This document shows, in pieces, positions 41,201-52,664 of a DNA stretch of 64,000 nucleotides. The DNA is from Nannocystales bacterium (GTDB lineage Bacteria > Myxococcota_A > Polyangia > Nannocystales > Nannocystaceae), in NCBI GenBank assembly GCA_050633305.1, contig JBOEGF010000020.1, positions 312 to 64,311 on the forward strand, given 5' to 3'. The notes beneath the pieces were generated by a model, which searched no databases, was not told the DNA's origin, and worked only from the letters and a program-made list of their open reading frames with translations. Both the position numbers and the translations under genes were made by a program. The first letter of the stretch is position 1, and each line of letters opens with the position of its first letter.

Positions 41201-42532
41201 ATGGTTTCTAGAGTTTGGCTCGGCGCCGTCGTTTTGCTCGCCGGATGCGCGCCTCGCCTGATCTTGTCGGATGAAGGCGCCAGCGGAACCTCGGAAGAGA
41301 CAGACGGCTCCTCGGGCGGTGCAGAGAGCGACTCCCCCGACACGACCCAGCCCCCGATGACCACCATCGGTCCGATGAGCACCAGCGGTCCCACGACCGA
41401 CACCTTCGGCAGCTCAGGGTTCTTCGGAAGCTCAGGATTCTTCGGCAGCACCGGGGGCTTCGAGCAGCTCTGCTGGTCGGCCCAACCCTTGTTTGAAGCA
41501 CCCGAAGAATCGCGGTTGTTCGTCCGAGATCAGAACGGCGATGGCCTCGCAGAGCTTTGGCTCGCGCTCTTCGAAGGTGGCGGACCCGGTTCGGGTAGCG
41601 ACTTGTTCTGGTTCGACGCCGCTGGCCAACCCAACTCGGCCGGATTCTTCCCTGGGTTCATCACCGGATTTCACAACCTCAACGGTGACAACGCGCTCGA
41701 TGCCGTCGGACTCGCACTGGGCGGTGGTGGACCTCCGAACCTGGGCTACGTCGAGGGCTCGCCCGGGTTCATCGAGGGATCCATCATCCCGACCCCATTC
41801 AGTTTCCAAGACGGCTTCGAGGGATTCTACGACGTGACCACCGATGGGCTCGCCGACTTTCTGCTCAATCTTGGAGGTGTCATCGAGCTTCAAGAAGGCA
41901 ACGGATCGGGTGAGTTTTTTCCGAACTCCGCGATCTCATCGGGGCTTTCCGGGGACCTCGCGCCACAGCCCATCCGCGGAAACAACGGGCTCTTTGTCGT
42001 CGCTCAGACCTCGTTTTTCGACGATCTCTCCTCGTGCAGTTTTCACCCGTTCGAGCTGCTGGAGTACAACGGCGAGATCTTGGCCTCCGCGATCCCAAGC
42101 TCGGAGAGTCCCGATGCTGTGCCTACGGAGGTCGTCGGCGGGGAGTACTTCGGCGCCTTCACCAACGTCTATGCTCGCGCCTGCTCGGGCGACGGCGTGA
42201 CCATCCAGGTCCAGCGCTTCGAGGGCACCGAGCTCGCGCTGATCGAGGACTTCGCGGCGTCGAGCTTTGCGACCATGGGCGACTTCGACGGCAACGGCCT
42301 TGTCGACATCGGGCTGGGTAGCCCAACGCTCGATGCCATCTCCGTGCACAACGGCTCGGCCGCGGGCACCTTCACCGAGGGATCGCTCTCCGAGGTGCTG
42401 TTCGGTGAGCCCGTGCCCAGCCGCGTCTACATCGTGGACATGGACGCCGACGGCCGCGACGAGATCATCCTGGGAACGCGTGACGGCGGCCCAGAGGTCG
42501 TCTACCAGCGCCTCGACCTCGACCCGTGTTGA
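41201..42532 (+). CDS. FG-GAP/VCBS-repeat lipoprotein
   Basis: Lipobox LAGC; DQNGDGLAEL, DFDGNGLVDI, DMDADGRDEI. Confidence 0.85.
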   Translation: MVSRVWLGAVVLLAGCAPRLILSDEGASGTSEETDGSSGGAESDSPDTTQPPMTTIGPMSTSGPTTDTFGSSGFFGSSGFFGSTGGFEQLCWSAQPLFEAPEESRLFVRDQNGDGLAELWLALFEGGGPGSGSDLFWFDAAGQPNSAGFFPGFITGFHNLNGDNALDAVGLALGGGGPPNLGYVEGSPGFIEGSIIPTPFSFQDGFEGFYDVTTDGLADFLLNLGGVIELQEGNGSGEFFPNSAISSGLSGDLAPQPIRGNNGLFVVAQTSFFDDLSSCSFHPFELLEYNGEILASAIPSSESPDAVPTEVVGGEYFGAFTNVYARACSGDGVTIQVQRFEGTELALIEDFAASSFATMGDFDGNGLVDIGLGSPTLDAISVHNGSAAGTFTEGSLSEVLFGEPVPSRVYIVDMDADGRDEIILGTRDGGPEVVYQRLDLDPC

Positions 42533-42547
42533 CGGGCTGAGAACGGG

Positions 42548-43471
42548 CTAAGGCTTGGCCGGCTCGGCTTCGATGTCGCTGACCAGCAACCGGCGCACGC
42601 TGACATCGAGGTCTCCGCCGACGACACGCATGATGCTGAGGAACTCACCGCTGCCCACGCGCAGCCGGTTCATCAGCGCCTTGCGGGTCTCTCGGAGCAG
42701 CGACTTGCGTGCCTTCTCAATCCACCGGAACGCGGTCGTGCGGTGCACGTGATACAGCGCGCCAACCTGATCGATGTTGAGCCCGTGCAGCACCTGGTGG
42801 CGCAGCAGGTTGCGCTCGCGAGGCGTGAGCGCGGCGAAGCCATCTTGGAGCGCGTCCTTGAACTCGGTCTTGTAGACGCGCTGGATGTACTCGAGTTCGG
42901 GGTCGTCCGTCTGGGCGGGGATCGAGCTGAGCATGTCCGAGTCGACCGGGATCTCGCGGTCGCCTGCACGCGAGCGCACGATGTCCACGATCATGCGCAG
43001 CGCAGTGACCCGAACCCAGCTCCGCAGATCGCCACGCCCTGCGTAGTCGGCGATCTTGGGACGCTTGCCCGGGCGCGGCACGAACAGCTTGTTGCGCAGG
43101 AGCTGGCGAAACTCGTCCTTGGAGAGGTCGACGTTGCCCGAACGTGCGATGGCGAGGTCGATGTCCCGACCGAACTCGGTATCGAAGGCGACCAGGGCGT
43201 GGTCATCACCAGCGGCGCACGCACACGCCAAGTACAGGTCGCCAGCGCGTAGCTTGGCGAAGGCCTCCGTGGTGCAACCTTTGGGAACGACGCCCGCAAG
43301 ATGGGCGATGTAGTCGTCCGCGGTGATCTTGAACGTGCCCAGGGCCGCCTCGGCGGTCTCCAACATCGAAGCCAGACGGACCTCGAGGGTCTCGTCCGCT
43401 TCGAAGACGGGTCGTGTCTCGTCGTCCAGCAGTCCGAGAAACAGCGTCCGCAGACGGGCGTCGTCAGCCAC
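42548..43471 (-). CDS. myxobacterial ECF-type sigma factor with N-terminal extension
   Basis: DLYLACACAAGD, YAGRGDLRSWVRV, RERNLLR...IDQVGALYHVHRTTAFRW. Confidence 0.88.
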   Translation of the reverse strand: MADDARLRTLFLGLLDDETRPVFEADETLEVRLASMLETAEAALGTFKITADDYIAHLAGVVPKGCTTEAFAKLRAGDLYLACACAAGDDHALVAFDTEFGRDIDLAIARSGNVDLSKDEFRQLLRNKLFVPRPGKRPKIADYAGRGDLRSWVRVTALRMIVDIVRSRAGDREIPVDSDMLSSIPAQTDDPELEYIQRVYKTEFKDALQDGFAALTPRERNLLRHQVLHGLNIDQVGALYHVHRTTAFRWIEKARKSLLRETRKALMNRLRVGSGEFLSIMRVVGGDLDVSVRRLLVSDIEAEPAKP

Positions 43472-43624
43472 TGAGGAAAGCTTAGCCTTTCCCTAGGTGC
43501 ACGTCACGCTCAGCGGCCGATCCGGGCCGAACCTGCGTGGCTGCCCTCCGGGACGCTTTTTGCCGAAAGCGGTCCGACTTGGCCCGAGCCCCGACGAACC
43601 CACACCGCATAGAGGGTCTTGGCG

Positions 43625-44506
43625 ATGAACTGCGATCCCGACTTGCGGCGACGGCTCGAGCGCCGCGTAGACGCCTTGCCCGTCCTTCCGAAGGTCGCCC
43701 GGAAGCTGATGGTTCTCAATCCGAACCAAGACGACCATTTCGACCAGATCCGGGCGCTCATCGAGGCCGACGCCAGCTTCTCGGCCCGGATCCTATCTGC
43801 GGCGAACTCCGCGGCATATGCAAGCCGCAGCCGCATCACCTCGGTTCGCCGCGCACTCAGCAGCATGGGCAGCCGGGATGCCGCGAACGTCATCATGGCG
43901 GTCGCGCTGGCCAAGCTCTTTACGCCGAACAGCGACGCCGAGAAGAACCTGTGGAGACACTCCTTGCAGGTCGCCACGGGTGTCCGGGCGCTGATTCAAG
44001 CGAGTCCCCAGGCAGATCTCCGGGCTGACGAGGCCTACACCGCCGGTCTGCTTCACGACATGGGGCAGTTCGTGTTGATGGCCGAGTCGCCGTCGGCTTG
44101 GATCCGCGTGAACTCCGAATGCACCGAGTTCTCCGAGGCACACGCCGAGCGCGAGCGCGAGATCTGCGGCCTGACCCACGCCGAGGTGGGCGCCATGGCA
44201 TGCGAGAGCTGGCGGCTTCCAGAGCCACTGGTCTCCGCGGTCTCGAGGCACCACGACCCGAACATCGACGCCACTAGGGGACCGGTCGACCTCCTCCTAT
44301 CCGCGGTCCGCTTCACCGATTTCGTGTTCTCAGCCGCGCCCGGACTCCCGCAGCCGTCGTACGAAGACGCCGAACTCGAAACCATCGAAGCGGATCTGCT
44401 CCCGAGGATGCCGAGCTTCTTCGACTTCGACGCAGCGGCGCTGCAGGTCTTGCTCCGGAACAGCGCACGGGACTGCGACATGATGTGTCGCGCGGTCGGC
44501 ATCTGA
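43625..44506 (+). CDS. HDOD-domain protein
   Basis: LPVLP, ILSAANS, LWRHSL, TAGLLHDMG, THAEVG...W.LP. Confidence 0.93.
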   Translation: MNCDPDLRRRLERRVDALPVLPKVARKLMVLNPNQDDHFDQIRALIEADASFSARILSAANSAAYASRSRITSVRRALSSMGSRDAANVIMAVALAKLFTPNSDAEKNLWRHSLQVATGVRALIQASPQADLRADEAYTAGLLHDMGQFVLMAESPSAWIRVNSECTEFSEAHAEREREICGLTHAEVGAMACESWRLPEPLVSAVSRHHDPNIDATRGPVDLLLSAVRFTDFVFSAAPGLPQPSYEDAELETIEADLLPRMPSFFDFDAAALQVLLRNSARDCDMMCRAVGI

Positions 44507-44545
44507 GCCGCCCCTCGTACGGCCAAACAGGAAACCCGACCGGGC

Positions 44546-45175
<630 letters not shown>

Positions 45176-45192
45176 GGCGAGTATCCTTGAGG

Positions 45193-45720
45193 CTAATCGA
45201 TGGCGTGGTCAAGCTGACCGGCCCGCCCACACGCGTCCAGGACGCTCACCGAGATCCACCGACGGCCCTCCTCCGGCCACTCATCGGGGATCACCACCAG
45301 ATCGAGCAGTTCCGCGCGCCCCGCCTCGAACGAGACCAGGCTTCCCTCGTAGACCACCGTGCGCTCCCCGACGCTTCGGGTCTCGTCGCCGTCTTCGGCC
45401 GCGAGAGAGATCTCGACCTCGTACGCGAGGTGGTCTGGGGAAGGGTTGTCGACCGCCACCCCGAGGACCATGTGTACCCCGCCCTGAAGCCCGGACTCGA
45501 GGTCGGGTTCTGCCCCAGGGGCCAGCGACTGAAACAGCCCATCGCCGCCGCCAAGCTCCAACTCGAGGACGTCGTCGAGGGCGCAGTCCGCATCGATCTC
45601 GAGCGCTCCGCCGTTGCCACACGCGTTGGCGTCCTCCGAGCACGGGCCTCCGCTCCCACCGCCCCCAAACAAGGGGCAAGCGGTCAGGAACAGAAGCATC
45701 GTCACGCCGGTCGCCCGCAC
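45193..45720 (-). CDS. lipoprotein, hypothetical
   Basis: Lipobox LTAC; GLQGGVHM motif recalled from other myxobacterial lipoproteins. Confidence 0.75.
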   Translation of the reverse strand: MRATGVTMLLFLTACPLFGGGGSGGPCSEDANACGNGGALEIDADCALDDVLELELGGGDGLFQSLAPGAEPDLESGLQGGVHMVLGVAVDNPSPDHLAYEVEISLAAEDGDETRSVGERTVVYEGSLVSFEAGRAELLDLVVIPDEWPEEGRRWISVSVLDACGRAGQLDHAID

Positions 45721-45853
45721 CTCCCGAGTCTACGGGATATGCGAGCTTCCGGTCAGGCTGGAGTCGAACCGACCTCGTCCCCGCCCCCCGCAAACTCGTC
45801 GGTCCCCGGGTTGGGACGTGAATTGAATCCAAACCAAGGCAAGACTGCTCCGC

Positions 45854-46570
45854 ATGGCCCGGCTGTCGAAATCAGAACTCAGAGCGGCTTGTTGGCAGGC
45901 GATTCGAGAGGCCGGTGCTGCCCGATTTCCCGGCGTGGAAGGGCGGATCCCCAACTTTGTGGGGGCCGAGTCCGCGGCCGAGTCCCTGACGGCCACAGCC
46001 GCGTGGTCGCAGGCGACGGTGATCAAATGCAACCCCGATTCACCGCAGCGACCGGTCCGCCATCGTGCGCTCAAAGAGGGCAAGCTCGTCTTCATGGCGG
46101 TGCCACGACTTCGCACCGAAGCTCCATTCATCGCACTCGACCCATCCCGGATCGATGCAAGTGCGCTGTGGGTCGCATCCTCGGCGAAGGGTGCGGATGC
46201 CATCGGAGTCCCGACCCACCTCGATGAAATGCCCCCCATCGACCTCATCGTGACCGGGTGTGTCGGTGTCACCCGGCAAGGGGCACGGTTGGGCAAGGGC
46301 GGAGGCTACAGCGACCTCGAGTACGCCCTGCTCCGCGAACACGGCAAGGTCGACGCGAAGACCCCCGTCGTGACCACAGTCCACGGCTGCCAGGTCTTGC
46401 CCGCTCGTGCGATTCCGATGCTGCCGCACGATGTCTCGCTGGACCTCGTCGTCACCCCGACCCGTGCAATCCGTTGCAAACGAGACTACGAGCGGCCGAG
46501 GGGTGTGCTGTGGGACCAACTCGACCCCGAGAAACGCGCCGCGATCCCGGTCCTCGAACGCGGGCCGTAA
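45854..46570 (+). CDS. 5-formyltetrahydrofolate cyclo-ligase family protein (MTHFSD-like)
   Basis: GRIPNFVGAE, KCNPDSPQ, GARLGKGGGYSDLEY, HDVSLDLVVTP. Confidence 0.92.
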   Translation: MARLSKSELRAACWQAIREAGAARFPGVEGRIPNFVGAESAAESLTATAAWSQATVIKCNPDSPQRPVRHRALKEGKLVFMAVPRLRTEAPFIALDPSRIDASALWVASSAKGADAIGVPTHLDEMPPIDLIVTGCVGVTRQGARLGKGGGYSDLEYALLREHGKVDAKTPVVTTVHGCQVLPARAIPMLPHDVSLDLVVTPTRAIRCKRDYERPRGVLWDQLDPEKRAAIPVLERGP

Positions 46571-46588
46571 CAACCCGATCGTTTGCCG

Positions 46589-47452
46589 CTACCAGCCACA
46601 CGGCGGCTCGACCACGGCCGCTGCCACCGCGCCGATCGCCGCAGCCTCCGTCGCATCGACGGCACCGTGGGGCTGCAACACGGCCCGCGGATCTCGTTCG
46701 GTGAGTTCGGTGAAGATCACCGCCGCGCTGAGATAGGCCCCAGCCTCGGCCGGGTGCGCTCCGTCCTTCAGATACAGCCCCACCTCGGCGTGCTCGTCTT
46801 GAAGCTGCATCCATGCGTGGCCAACCTCAACGACGGGCGTTCCGGTCTGCGCTCCGAGTTGGGCGTACGCAGCCGACACGCGTTGGAGCATCTCAGCCGG
46901 CGTCTTCCCAACCTCCTCCATGTAGTTGTAGAGGTTGTGTCCAGCGCGCCGGGGCCACGTCTCGAACAGCATCGGCGCCGCACCCGAGGCTCGAACCGCC
47001 TCAACAAGGGCGGCGCCCGCTTTCTCGAAGCCCTCCGGATTCCGCAAGGGATCGAGGCTGTGACTCTGCAGCAGCACCACGTCCCACTCTCGTGCCGCGA
47101 GCATCTTGGCGGTCTGTGGCCGACCCAGGTGATACGCAAAATCCTTACCGCCCCTGGCCAGGCGCTCGACGTGGAACTCCACCCCAGCATCCACAGCCAT
47201 CGCCTCCAGGAGCGCTGGCGTATCGCTTTGAATGACGTAGCTGTTGCCGATGAACAGGACGTTCAGTGGCTCGACCGGCGCACACCCAGGGGGCGCCGCG
47301 ACGGCAACCGCGCGTTTTTCAGGCTTCACCGCCTCCGCCGGCTCCACAACGACGGGCAACGCGGGGCCCCACGCCTCGAGTCTTGGGGAAGCTTCGGCCG
47401 AAACACAGCCGCAAAGCGCGAGGACGGCCAGCATTGCGTATCCGTGACGCAT
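46589..47452 (-). CDS. SGNH/GDSL-like hydrolase (DUF4886-like)
   Basis: VLFIGNSY, WDVVLLQ, DGAHPAEAGAYL. Confidence 0.88.
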   Translation of the reverse strand: MRHGYAMLAVLALCGCVSAEASPRLEAWGPALPVVVEPAEAVKPEKRAVAVAAPPGCAPVEPLNVLFIGNSYVIQSDTPALLEAMAVDAGVEFHVERLARGGKDFAYHLGRPQTAKMLAAREWDVVLLQSHSLDPLRNPEGFEKAGAALVEAVRASGAAPMLFETWPRRAGHNLYNYMEEVGKTPAEMLQRVSAAYAQLGAQTGTPVVEVGHAWMQLQDEHAEVGLYLKDGAHPAEAGAYLSAAVIFTELTERDPRAVLQPHGAVDATEAAAIGAVAAAVVEPPCGW

Positions 47453-47513
47453 GACGGACCGCAGTCTACCGCGTGCGGCACCCGAGCGTGCGAGGCTACA
47501 CTTTGCCGCCCGG

Positions 47514-50500
47514 ATGGATTGCCCCGAGGAAAACGTGCTCGTCGACTTCGTGCGCGGAGAGCTCGATGACGCGTCCCGCGAAGAGCTCGAGGTCCACCTG
47601 GACAGCTGCGACCTATGCCGCGCGGTCATGGTCGAGCTGGCGCGCTTCGAGCCGGCCTCCGACGAGCTCGCGATCACCGACACTTCGATCGCACCCGAGC
47701 CCATCGCCTCGGACCCGACCCAAGATCCGGCCGCCGAGATCTACAAGGTCGCGCCACGCCTCACCGAGGGTGACAAGGTCGGCCGGTACGTCGTGCTCAA
47801 CAAGGTTGGCGAGGGCGGAATGGGCGTCGTGTATGCCGCCTACGATCCCGAGCTGGACCGCAAGGTCGCGATCAAGCTCTTGATGACGTCACTGGGGGGC
47901 TCGCTCGACGAAGAGCTCGCTGAGCAACGCACCCGGCTGCTGCGAGAGGCGCAGTCGATGGCGAAGCTCACCCATCCCAACGTCATCACAGTTCATGACG
48001 TGGGCGAGTTCGGCGACCAGATCTTCGTCGCGATGGAGTTCGTCGATGGCGGAACACTGACCGAGTGGCTCAAGGTGCCGCGCCCCTGGCGGGACCGGCT
48101 CGAGATCTTCGTCGCGGCTGGCCGGGGGTTGGGGGCGGCGCACAAGGCCGACCTGGTCCACCGGGACTTCAAGCCAGACAACGTGCTCATCGACAGCGAG
48201 GGCCGAGCCGCTGTCACCGACTTCGGCCTGGCGCGGCCGGCTGCGGGCAAGACGGACTCCTTCAGCACGGTATCCGTCATCGAGAGCACGCCGGTCATGT
48301 CGGCCCAACTCACCCGCACCGGTGCGCTCGTCGGCACGCCCGCGTACATGGCTCCCGAGCAGCTCGCCGGACAGCGCAGCGACGCGTTGGCCGACCAGTT
48401 CAGCTTCTGCGTCACGCTGTACGAGGCTCTGTACGGTCGTCGCCCCTTCGAAGGGCGCGTGCTTGGAGAGCTGATGGCGAACGTCACCGCGGGCCGCTTC
48501 CTCCCCCCGCCTCGCGACTCCGATGTCCCGCGCCGAGTCCGAAGGGCGATCCTCCGCGGCCTTTCGGTCCGTCCCGACGAGCGTTTTCCCACGATGGAGG
48601 CCCTTCTCTCGGAGCTGGCCCATGACCCCGCGCGCACGTGGCGACGGTGGAGCACAGTCCTGTTTCCGGGTGCGGTCCTGGGCGTCGGACTCCTCGCGTA
48701 TAGCCGAACCGACAATCCCGAGGATGTCTACTGCGACAACGTGGACTCGATGCTGCGGGGCATCTGGGACGACGATCAGCGCATCTCCTTGCGCGCGGCG
48801 TTTCTGGAGACCGGCCGCCCGTATGCCGAAGCGAGCTGGAACAGCACCGAGACCGAGCTCGAGAAACACGCGCAGCAGTGGCTCTCCGCTCAGCGCACCG
48901 CGTGTAAGCAGTCGGCGGCGGGCGAGGTCCCCCAGTCCATGCTCGCGCTTCGCATGAACTGCCTCGAGACTCGCCGCCGCGAGCTCACCACCTTGGTCGG
49001 CGTGCTGAAGGATGTCGATGCCAACTCCCTCGAACGCACGTTGGATGCCACCAGCATCCTGCAACCCGCGTCGAGCTGTGACGATGTCGATGCGCTCGCT
49101 CGGGCAGACTCTTCGCTGGGCCCCGCCGTCGAGCGCGAGGTTCGAGACGAACTCGACGCGCTCAACACCCGGGCACTGGCACTCCAGAAGACCGGAAAGC
49201 ACGACGAATCGGTCCAGAGCGCACTCAAGGCCCTGAACCTTGCACGCAAGGCCGGAGCCACGTGGAGCGAAGCCGAAGCGCTCATCACCCTGGCCGAGGA
49301 CCGGGAGTTTCAGGGACGAATCGACGAGGCCGAGTCCCTGCAACACGAGGCGATGTCTGCGGCACTGGCCGCGGGCAACCAAGCGGTGATCCCCCGCGTC
49401 GCGATCGGCCGGGTCTGGGCGGGCGCCGACCCTGGAGCATCGCTCAAAGACACCGAGCGCTGGTACCAACACGGGGTCGCAGCCTTGGAGCGACTCAGCG
49501 GCGGACCCAAGCGGCGCATCCAGCTCGAGAACGGCATCGCCGCGGCGTACATGTCCCACGACGTCTACGACCTCGCCGAGAAACACATCCAACTCGCCCT
49601 CGACACGACCGCCAGCGCGACCGAAGCGTCCGTGCTCGGCGAAGACATGACGTGGGGCACCCTCGGTCGCCTCTACGCACGACAGGGTCGGCGCGAAGAC
49701 GCCGAGGACGCGTTCACAAAATCCCTCGACATCACACGAGCCCGGTACGGCGCGGGGCACCCCTTCATGGCGTCGTCGTTGGAGAACGTCGGCGCGATCC
49801 GGGGCGAGCTCGGCGACTACGAAGGGGCGCGAGAAGTCCTCGCTCAGGCGCTCGAGCTTCGCCGCATCACCCTCGGCGACGCGCACCCCGACAACGCCAT
49901 CTCGCTGGTCAACTTGGCCAACTCAGACCGGCACCTGGGCGACCACGCCAAAGCCCAGGAGAAGCTCGAGGAGGCGCTCAGCTTGGTTCACCGGACACAA
50001 CCGGGAACGGGGAACGAGTCCGACCTCTTGGTCCGACTCGGCGAGGTCAGGCGCGAGCAGGGAGACTACGAGGGCGCCATCGAGTCACACCGCTCGGCCG
50101 TCGAGTTGGTGCGCAAGCTCGACGGGCCCTCCCCGTTTAGCGTCGCGCGGCACCACGCCGAGCTTGGCCGAAGCTTGCTCGACGCGGGCAAACTGGAAGA
50201 GGCACGAACGCACCTGACCCGGGCGCTCGCGCTTCTTGCGGACGAGGATCCCAACGACCCGATTCGCGCGAGGCATCGCCTTGCATGGGGTGCCAGCTTT
50301 GCCAACGGTGTCCCCGCAGCCGATCGCGCGGTGGTCGAGGCCGCCGCGAAAATCGTCACCGAGAACCGTCGCCGCCCCCTCCGAAACGCCGACGCGTTTG
50401 CGGTGTGGGCACGCGTCGCGTGGGCGAACGGCGACAAGCGGGCGGCTCATCAGCACGCCCAGGCGAGCCGAGAAATCCTCGAGCAACTCGGCAGCGAGGG

Positions 50501-50567
50501 AACGCAACAGCTGCAGCACCTCGACCGGTGGATCGAGCAGCACCCCGCGGGCCCCGGGATGCGATGA
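47514..50567 (+). CDS. Ser/Thr kinase with N-terminal zinc-finger (ZAS-like) domain, TM helix and TPR repeats
   Basis: HLDSCDLC; GEGGMGVVY, VAIK, HRDFKPDN, DFG, YMAPE; many TPRs (GDAHPDNA...). Confidence 0.95.
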   Translation: MDCPEENVLVDFVRGELDDASREELEVHLDSCDLCRAVMVELARFEPASDELAITDTSIAPEPIASDPTQDPAAEIYKVAPRLTEGDKVGRYVVLNKVGEGGMGVVYAAYDPELDRKVAIKLLMTSLGGSLDEELAEQRTRLLREAQSMAKLTHPNVITVHDVGEFGDQIFVAMEFVDGGTLTEWLKVPRPWRDRLEIFVAAGRGLGAAHKADLVHRDFKPDNVLIDSEGRAAVTDFGLARPAAGKTDSFSTVSVIESTPVMSAQLTRTGALVGTPAYMAPEQLAGQRSDALADQFSFCVTLYEALYGRRPFEGRVLGELMANVTAGRFLPPPRDSDVPRRVRRAILRGLSVRPDERFPTMEALLSELAHDPARTWRRWSTVLFPGAVLGVGLLAYSRTDNPEDVYCDNVDSMLRGIWDDDQRISLRAAFLETGRPYAEASWNSTETELEKHAQQWLSAQRTACKQSAAGEVPQSMLALRMNCLETRRRELTTLVGVLKDVDANSLERTLDATSILQPASSCDDVDALARADSSLGPAVEREVRDELDALNTRALALQKTGKHDESVQSALKALNLARKAGATWSEAEALITLAEDREFQGRIDEAESLQHEAMSAALAAGNQAVIPRVAIGRVWAGADPGASLKDTERWYQHGVAALERLSGGPKRRIQLENGIAAAYMSHDVYDLAEKHIQLALDTTASATEASVLGEDMTWGTLGRLYARQGRREDAEDAFTKSLDITRARYGAGHPFMASSLENVGAIRGELGDYEGAREVLAQALELRRITLGDAHPDNAISLVNLANSDRHLGDHAKAQEKLEEALSLVHRTQPGTGNESDLLVRLGEVRREQGDYEGAIESHRSAVELVRKLDGPSPFSVARHHAELGRSLLDAGKLEEARTHLTRALALLADEDPNDPIRARHRLAWGASFANGVPAADRAVVEAAAKIVTENRRRPLRNADAFAVWARVAWANGDKRAAHQHAQASREILEQLGSEGTQQLQHLDRWIEQHPAGPGMR

Positions 50568-50663
50568 CAGCCGGGGAAACGCTCCCCCGAAGCGTCGGCC
50601 CGAAATATTCAAACTTTTCTCGCAACAGTTTGGGACGCCGCGCGTCAATTCGGGTGAACACCG

Positions 50664-51038
50664 ATGACCCGGCAACACTGGACATGCATCGCTGCCGCAA
50701 TGGTAGGCGGGCTCGCGGCAGGCGCGATGGGGCTTAGCTGGCTCAGCGCACCTCCGCCCAGCTCATCGTGGTCCATGACCACAGGTGTAGGAACCGGCTA
50801 CGTGCTCTTGGCCGCCCTCACGGCTGCGTGCATCGGCGGCATGTTGGTCTTGCAAGGGCGCTCCCGAGTCGCCAGCGCCCTGCTGTGTGCGGCCGGCATC
50901 ATCCCCGGTTTGGTCGAACCACGTGCCTTCGTTGCCACGTTCCTGCTCGTGTTCGCCGGTCTGCTGACCTCCTCATTGCCCAAGCCGCGTATCGCGAGCA
51001 CACCCAAGACGGCCCTCACCACCTCTTCGGCGGGGTAG
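50664..51038 (+). CDS. small membrane protein, hypothetical
   Basis: ATG ORF with about four hydrophobic segments. Confidence 0.65.
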   Translation: MTRQHWTCIAAAMVGGLAAGAMGLSWLSAPPPSSSWSMTTGVGTGYVLLAALTAACIGGMLVLQGRSRVASALLCAAGIIPGLVEPRAFVATFLLVFAGLLTSSLPKPRIASTPKTALTTSSAG

Positions 51039-51095
51039 CTGGGCTCGCGCCTGGCCGTCCACCCAAGGGCGAGAAGAGGCCGAGGAATGGACGCT

Positions 51096-51575
51096 CTAGC
51101 GGCGGACTTTCTTCGCGACGGGCGTCTGCCCGCCCAAGTACAGCTTGAGCGTGTCCACGCCCCGGACCCGACGAGCGATGCTCTCGAGTTCCTTGAGCAT
51201 CTTCACCATCAGCTTCTCGCCCGCGTGTTTTCCGGTCGCCGAGAAGTCCTCGTGCACCGCCATGTACAGCGCGATCAGTGCGTCTTCGTGGCGCGTGAAC
51301 ACGATCGCACCGACAGGCCCGGCAATCCCCCCGATCCCGCGCACGGTCACGAAGAGCGTCTGCACGGCGACGTCCTTGGAGACCGTCATGTGCAGCCGCT
51401 CGCCACTCGCATCCGGGACGAGCTTCGGCAGGCCGTAGGTTTCCGAGACGACCCGGATCCCGTCCTTCACCTTCTCCTGCTGGAGATTGAAGAACAGGAT
51501 CCGCTCTGCCGCCTCACGATGCTCGAGCGGCAGCGTCGACGAGAAGGCAAACGCCGCGGCGCGAGTCAAACGCAT
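51096..51575 (-). CDS. hypothetical protein, possibly GNAT-like fold
   Basis: ATG overlaps the KAS-III stop (TGATG); ILFFNLQQ, GAIVFTR, MAVHEDFSATG. Confidence 0.7.
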   Translation of the reverse strand: MRLTRAAAFAFSSTLPLEHREAAERILFFNLQQEKVKDGIRVVSETYGLPKLVPDASGERLHMTVSKDVAVQTLFVTVRGIGGIAGPVGAIVFTRHEDALIALYMAVHEDFSATGKHAGEKLMVKMLKELESIARRVRGVDTLKLYLGGQTPVAKKVRR

Positions 51576-52630
51576 CAGATCTCGCGCAGCGGTGGAACGA
51601 TGATCTCGTCGGTCTCCAAGAACAGACCCGACCACGACAGACCCACACCAAAGCCCATCCAGGCCCACTTGGTCCGCTTCTTCAGGCGTTCACCGCCCTC
51701 GACCACCAGCGTGAGCGGAATGGAGGCACAGCCCGTGTTGCCGAAGTTTTCGATCGACAGCAGCATCTTCTCGGCGGGCAGTTTCATGCGACGCGCCAGG
51801 AAGTTGAGCATGAACTTGTTGGCCTGGTGAGGAACGATGGCGTCGATGTCTTCGGGGCTCCAACCAGAGCGCTCGACGAGATCCTTCAGAAGCCGAGGGA
51901 CGCGCTTCATCGTGAAGGTGAGGACATCGGGCCCCTTGAGGATGAGGTCGATGGGTCGTCGCTCGACGTCGTCATCGTCCATCCGACGCTCGAACAACTC
52001 CGGTGTCCAAGGCGAAGCACCCGCGCCGCCTTTGACCATGATCTTGTCGAAGCCTTTGCCATCGGCGCCGAACTGGTGCGCGGCGACCTGGTCTTCGCCC
52101 TCGGATGTCAGGAGCGTGGCGGTGCCGCTGTCCCCGAACAAGATCGAGTTCGCAAGATCGCTTCGGTGCCGACAGTCCGCAACACGGGGCCGGAACAGCC
52201 CCGCGCTCATCTCACCGCTGAGCAACAGCGCGCGCTTGATCACCCCTGCCTTGAGCAGCCCGTCGACGACGATGAGGCTGTGCGTGTAGCCCGAACATCC
52301 CAGGTGGATGTCGAACGTGAGCGCGCCGCTTGGGATGCCCAACTCATGCTGAATGAGGTGCGCCGTCGCAGGCATGAGCACGTCGCCGAGCGTCGTGACC
52401 AGGATGACTGCGTCGATGGACTCTCGATCCCACCCCGCAGCTTCGATGACATCCTCCGCCGCCTTGATGCACATCATCGAAACGGTGGCGTCGGGTCCCC
52501 CCTCGCGCTTCCGTTCCACGCCCGTATTGTCCACGATGCGCTCGACATCGTGTTGGGGGAAGTGCTCAGCGGCCGAGCGCGTCTCGGCCGTCGCTTTCGG
52601 CACGCATGCCGCGATTCCAACAACTTTCAT
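51575..52630 (-). CDS. fabH: 3-oxoacyl-ACP synthase III (FabH-like) family
   Basis: Cys-His-Asn triad: LGCSGY, VPHQAN, FGNTGCAS; LFGDSGTA; GFGVGLSW. Confidence 0.88.
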   Translation of the reverse strand: MKVVGIAACVPKATAETRSAAEHFPQHDVERIVDNTGVERKREGGPDATVSMMCIKAAEDVIEAAGWDRESIDAVILVTTLGDVLMPATAHLIQHELGIPSGALTFDIHLGCSGYTHSLIVVDGLLKAGVIKRALLLSGEMSAGLFRPRVADCRHRSDLANSILFGDSGTATLLTSEGEDQVAAHQFGADGKGFDKIMVKGGAGASPWTPELFERRMDDDDVERRPIDLILKGPDVLTFTMKRVPRLLKDLVERSGWSPEDIDAIVPHQANKFMLNFLARRMKLPAEKMLLSIENFGNTGCASIPLTLVVEGGERLKKRTKWAWMGFGVGLSWSGLFLETDEIIVPPLREI

Positions 52631-52664
52631 GGTGATACCCGACGTCGTGCGTTGAGAGTGCGAA

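Noticed and set aside
41406..41450. 18-bp tandem repeat (FGSSGF) as a CRISPR-like array
   Set aside because: Coding low-complexity repeat with no spacers and no cas genes
47889..49886. 665-aa minus-strand ORF, and similar long antisense ORFs (25552-27081, 32801-34432)
   Set aside because: They overlap well-supported genes on the other strand and carry no recognisable motifs
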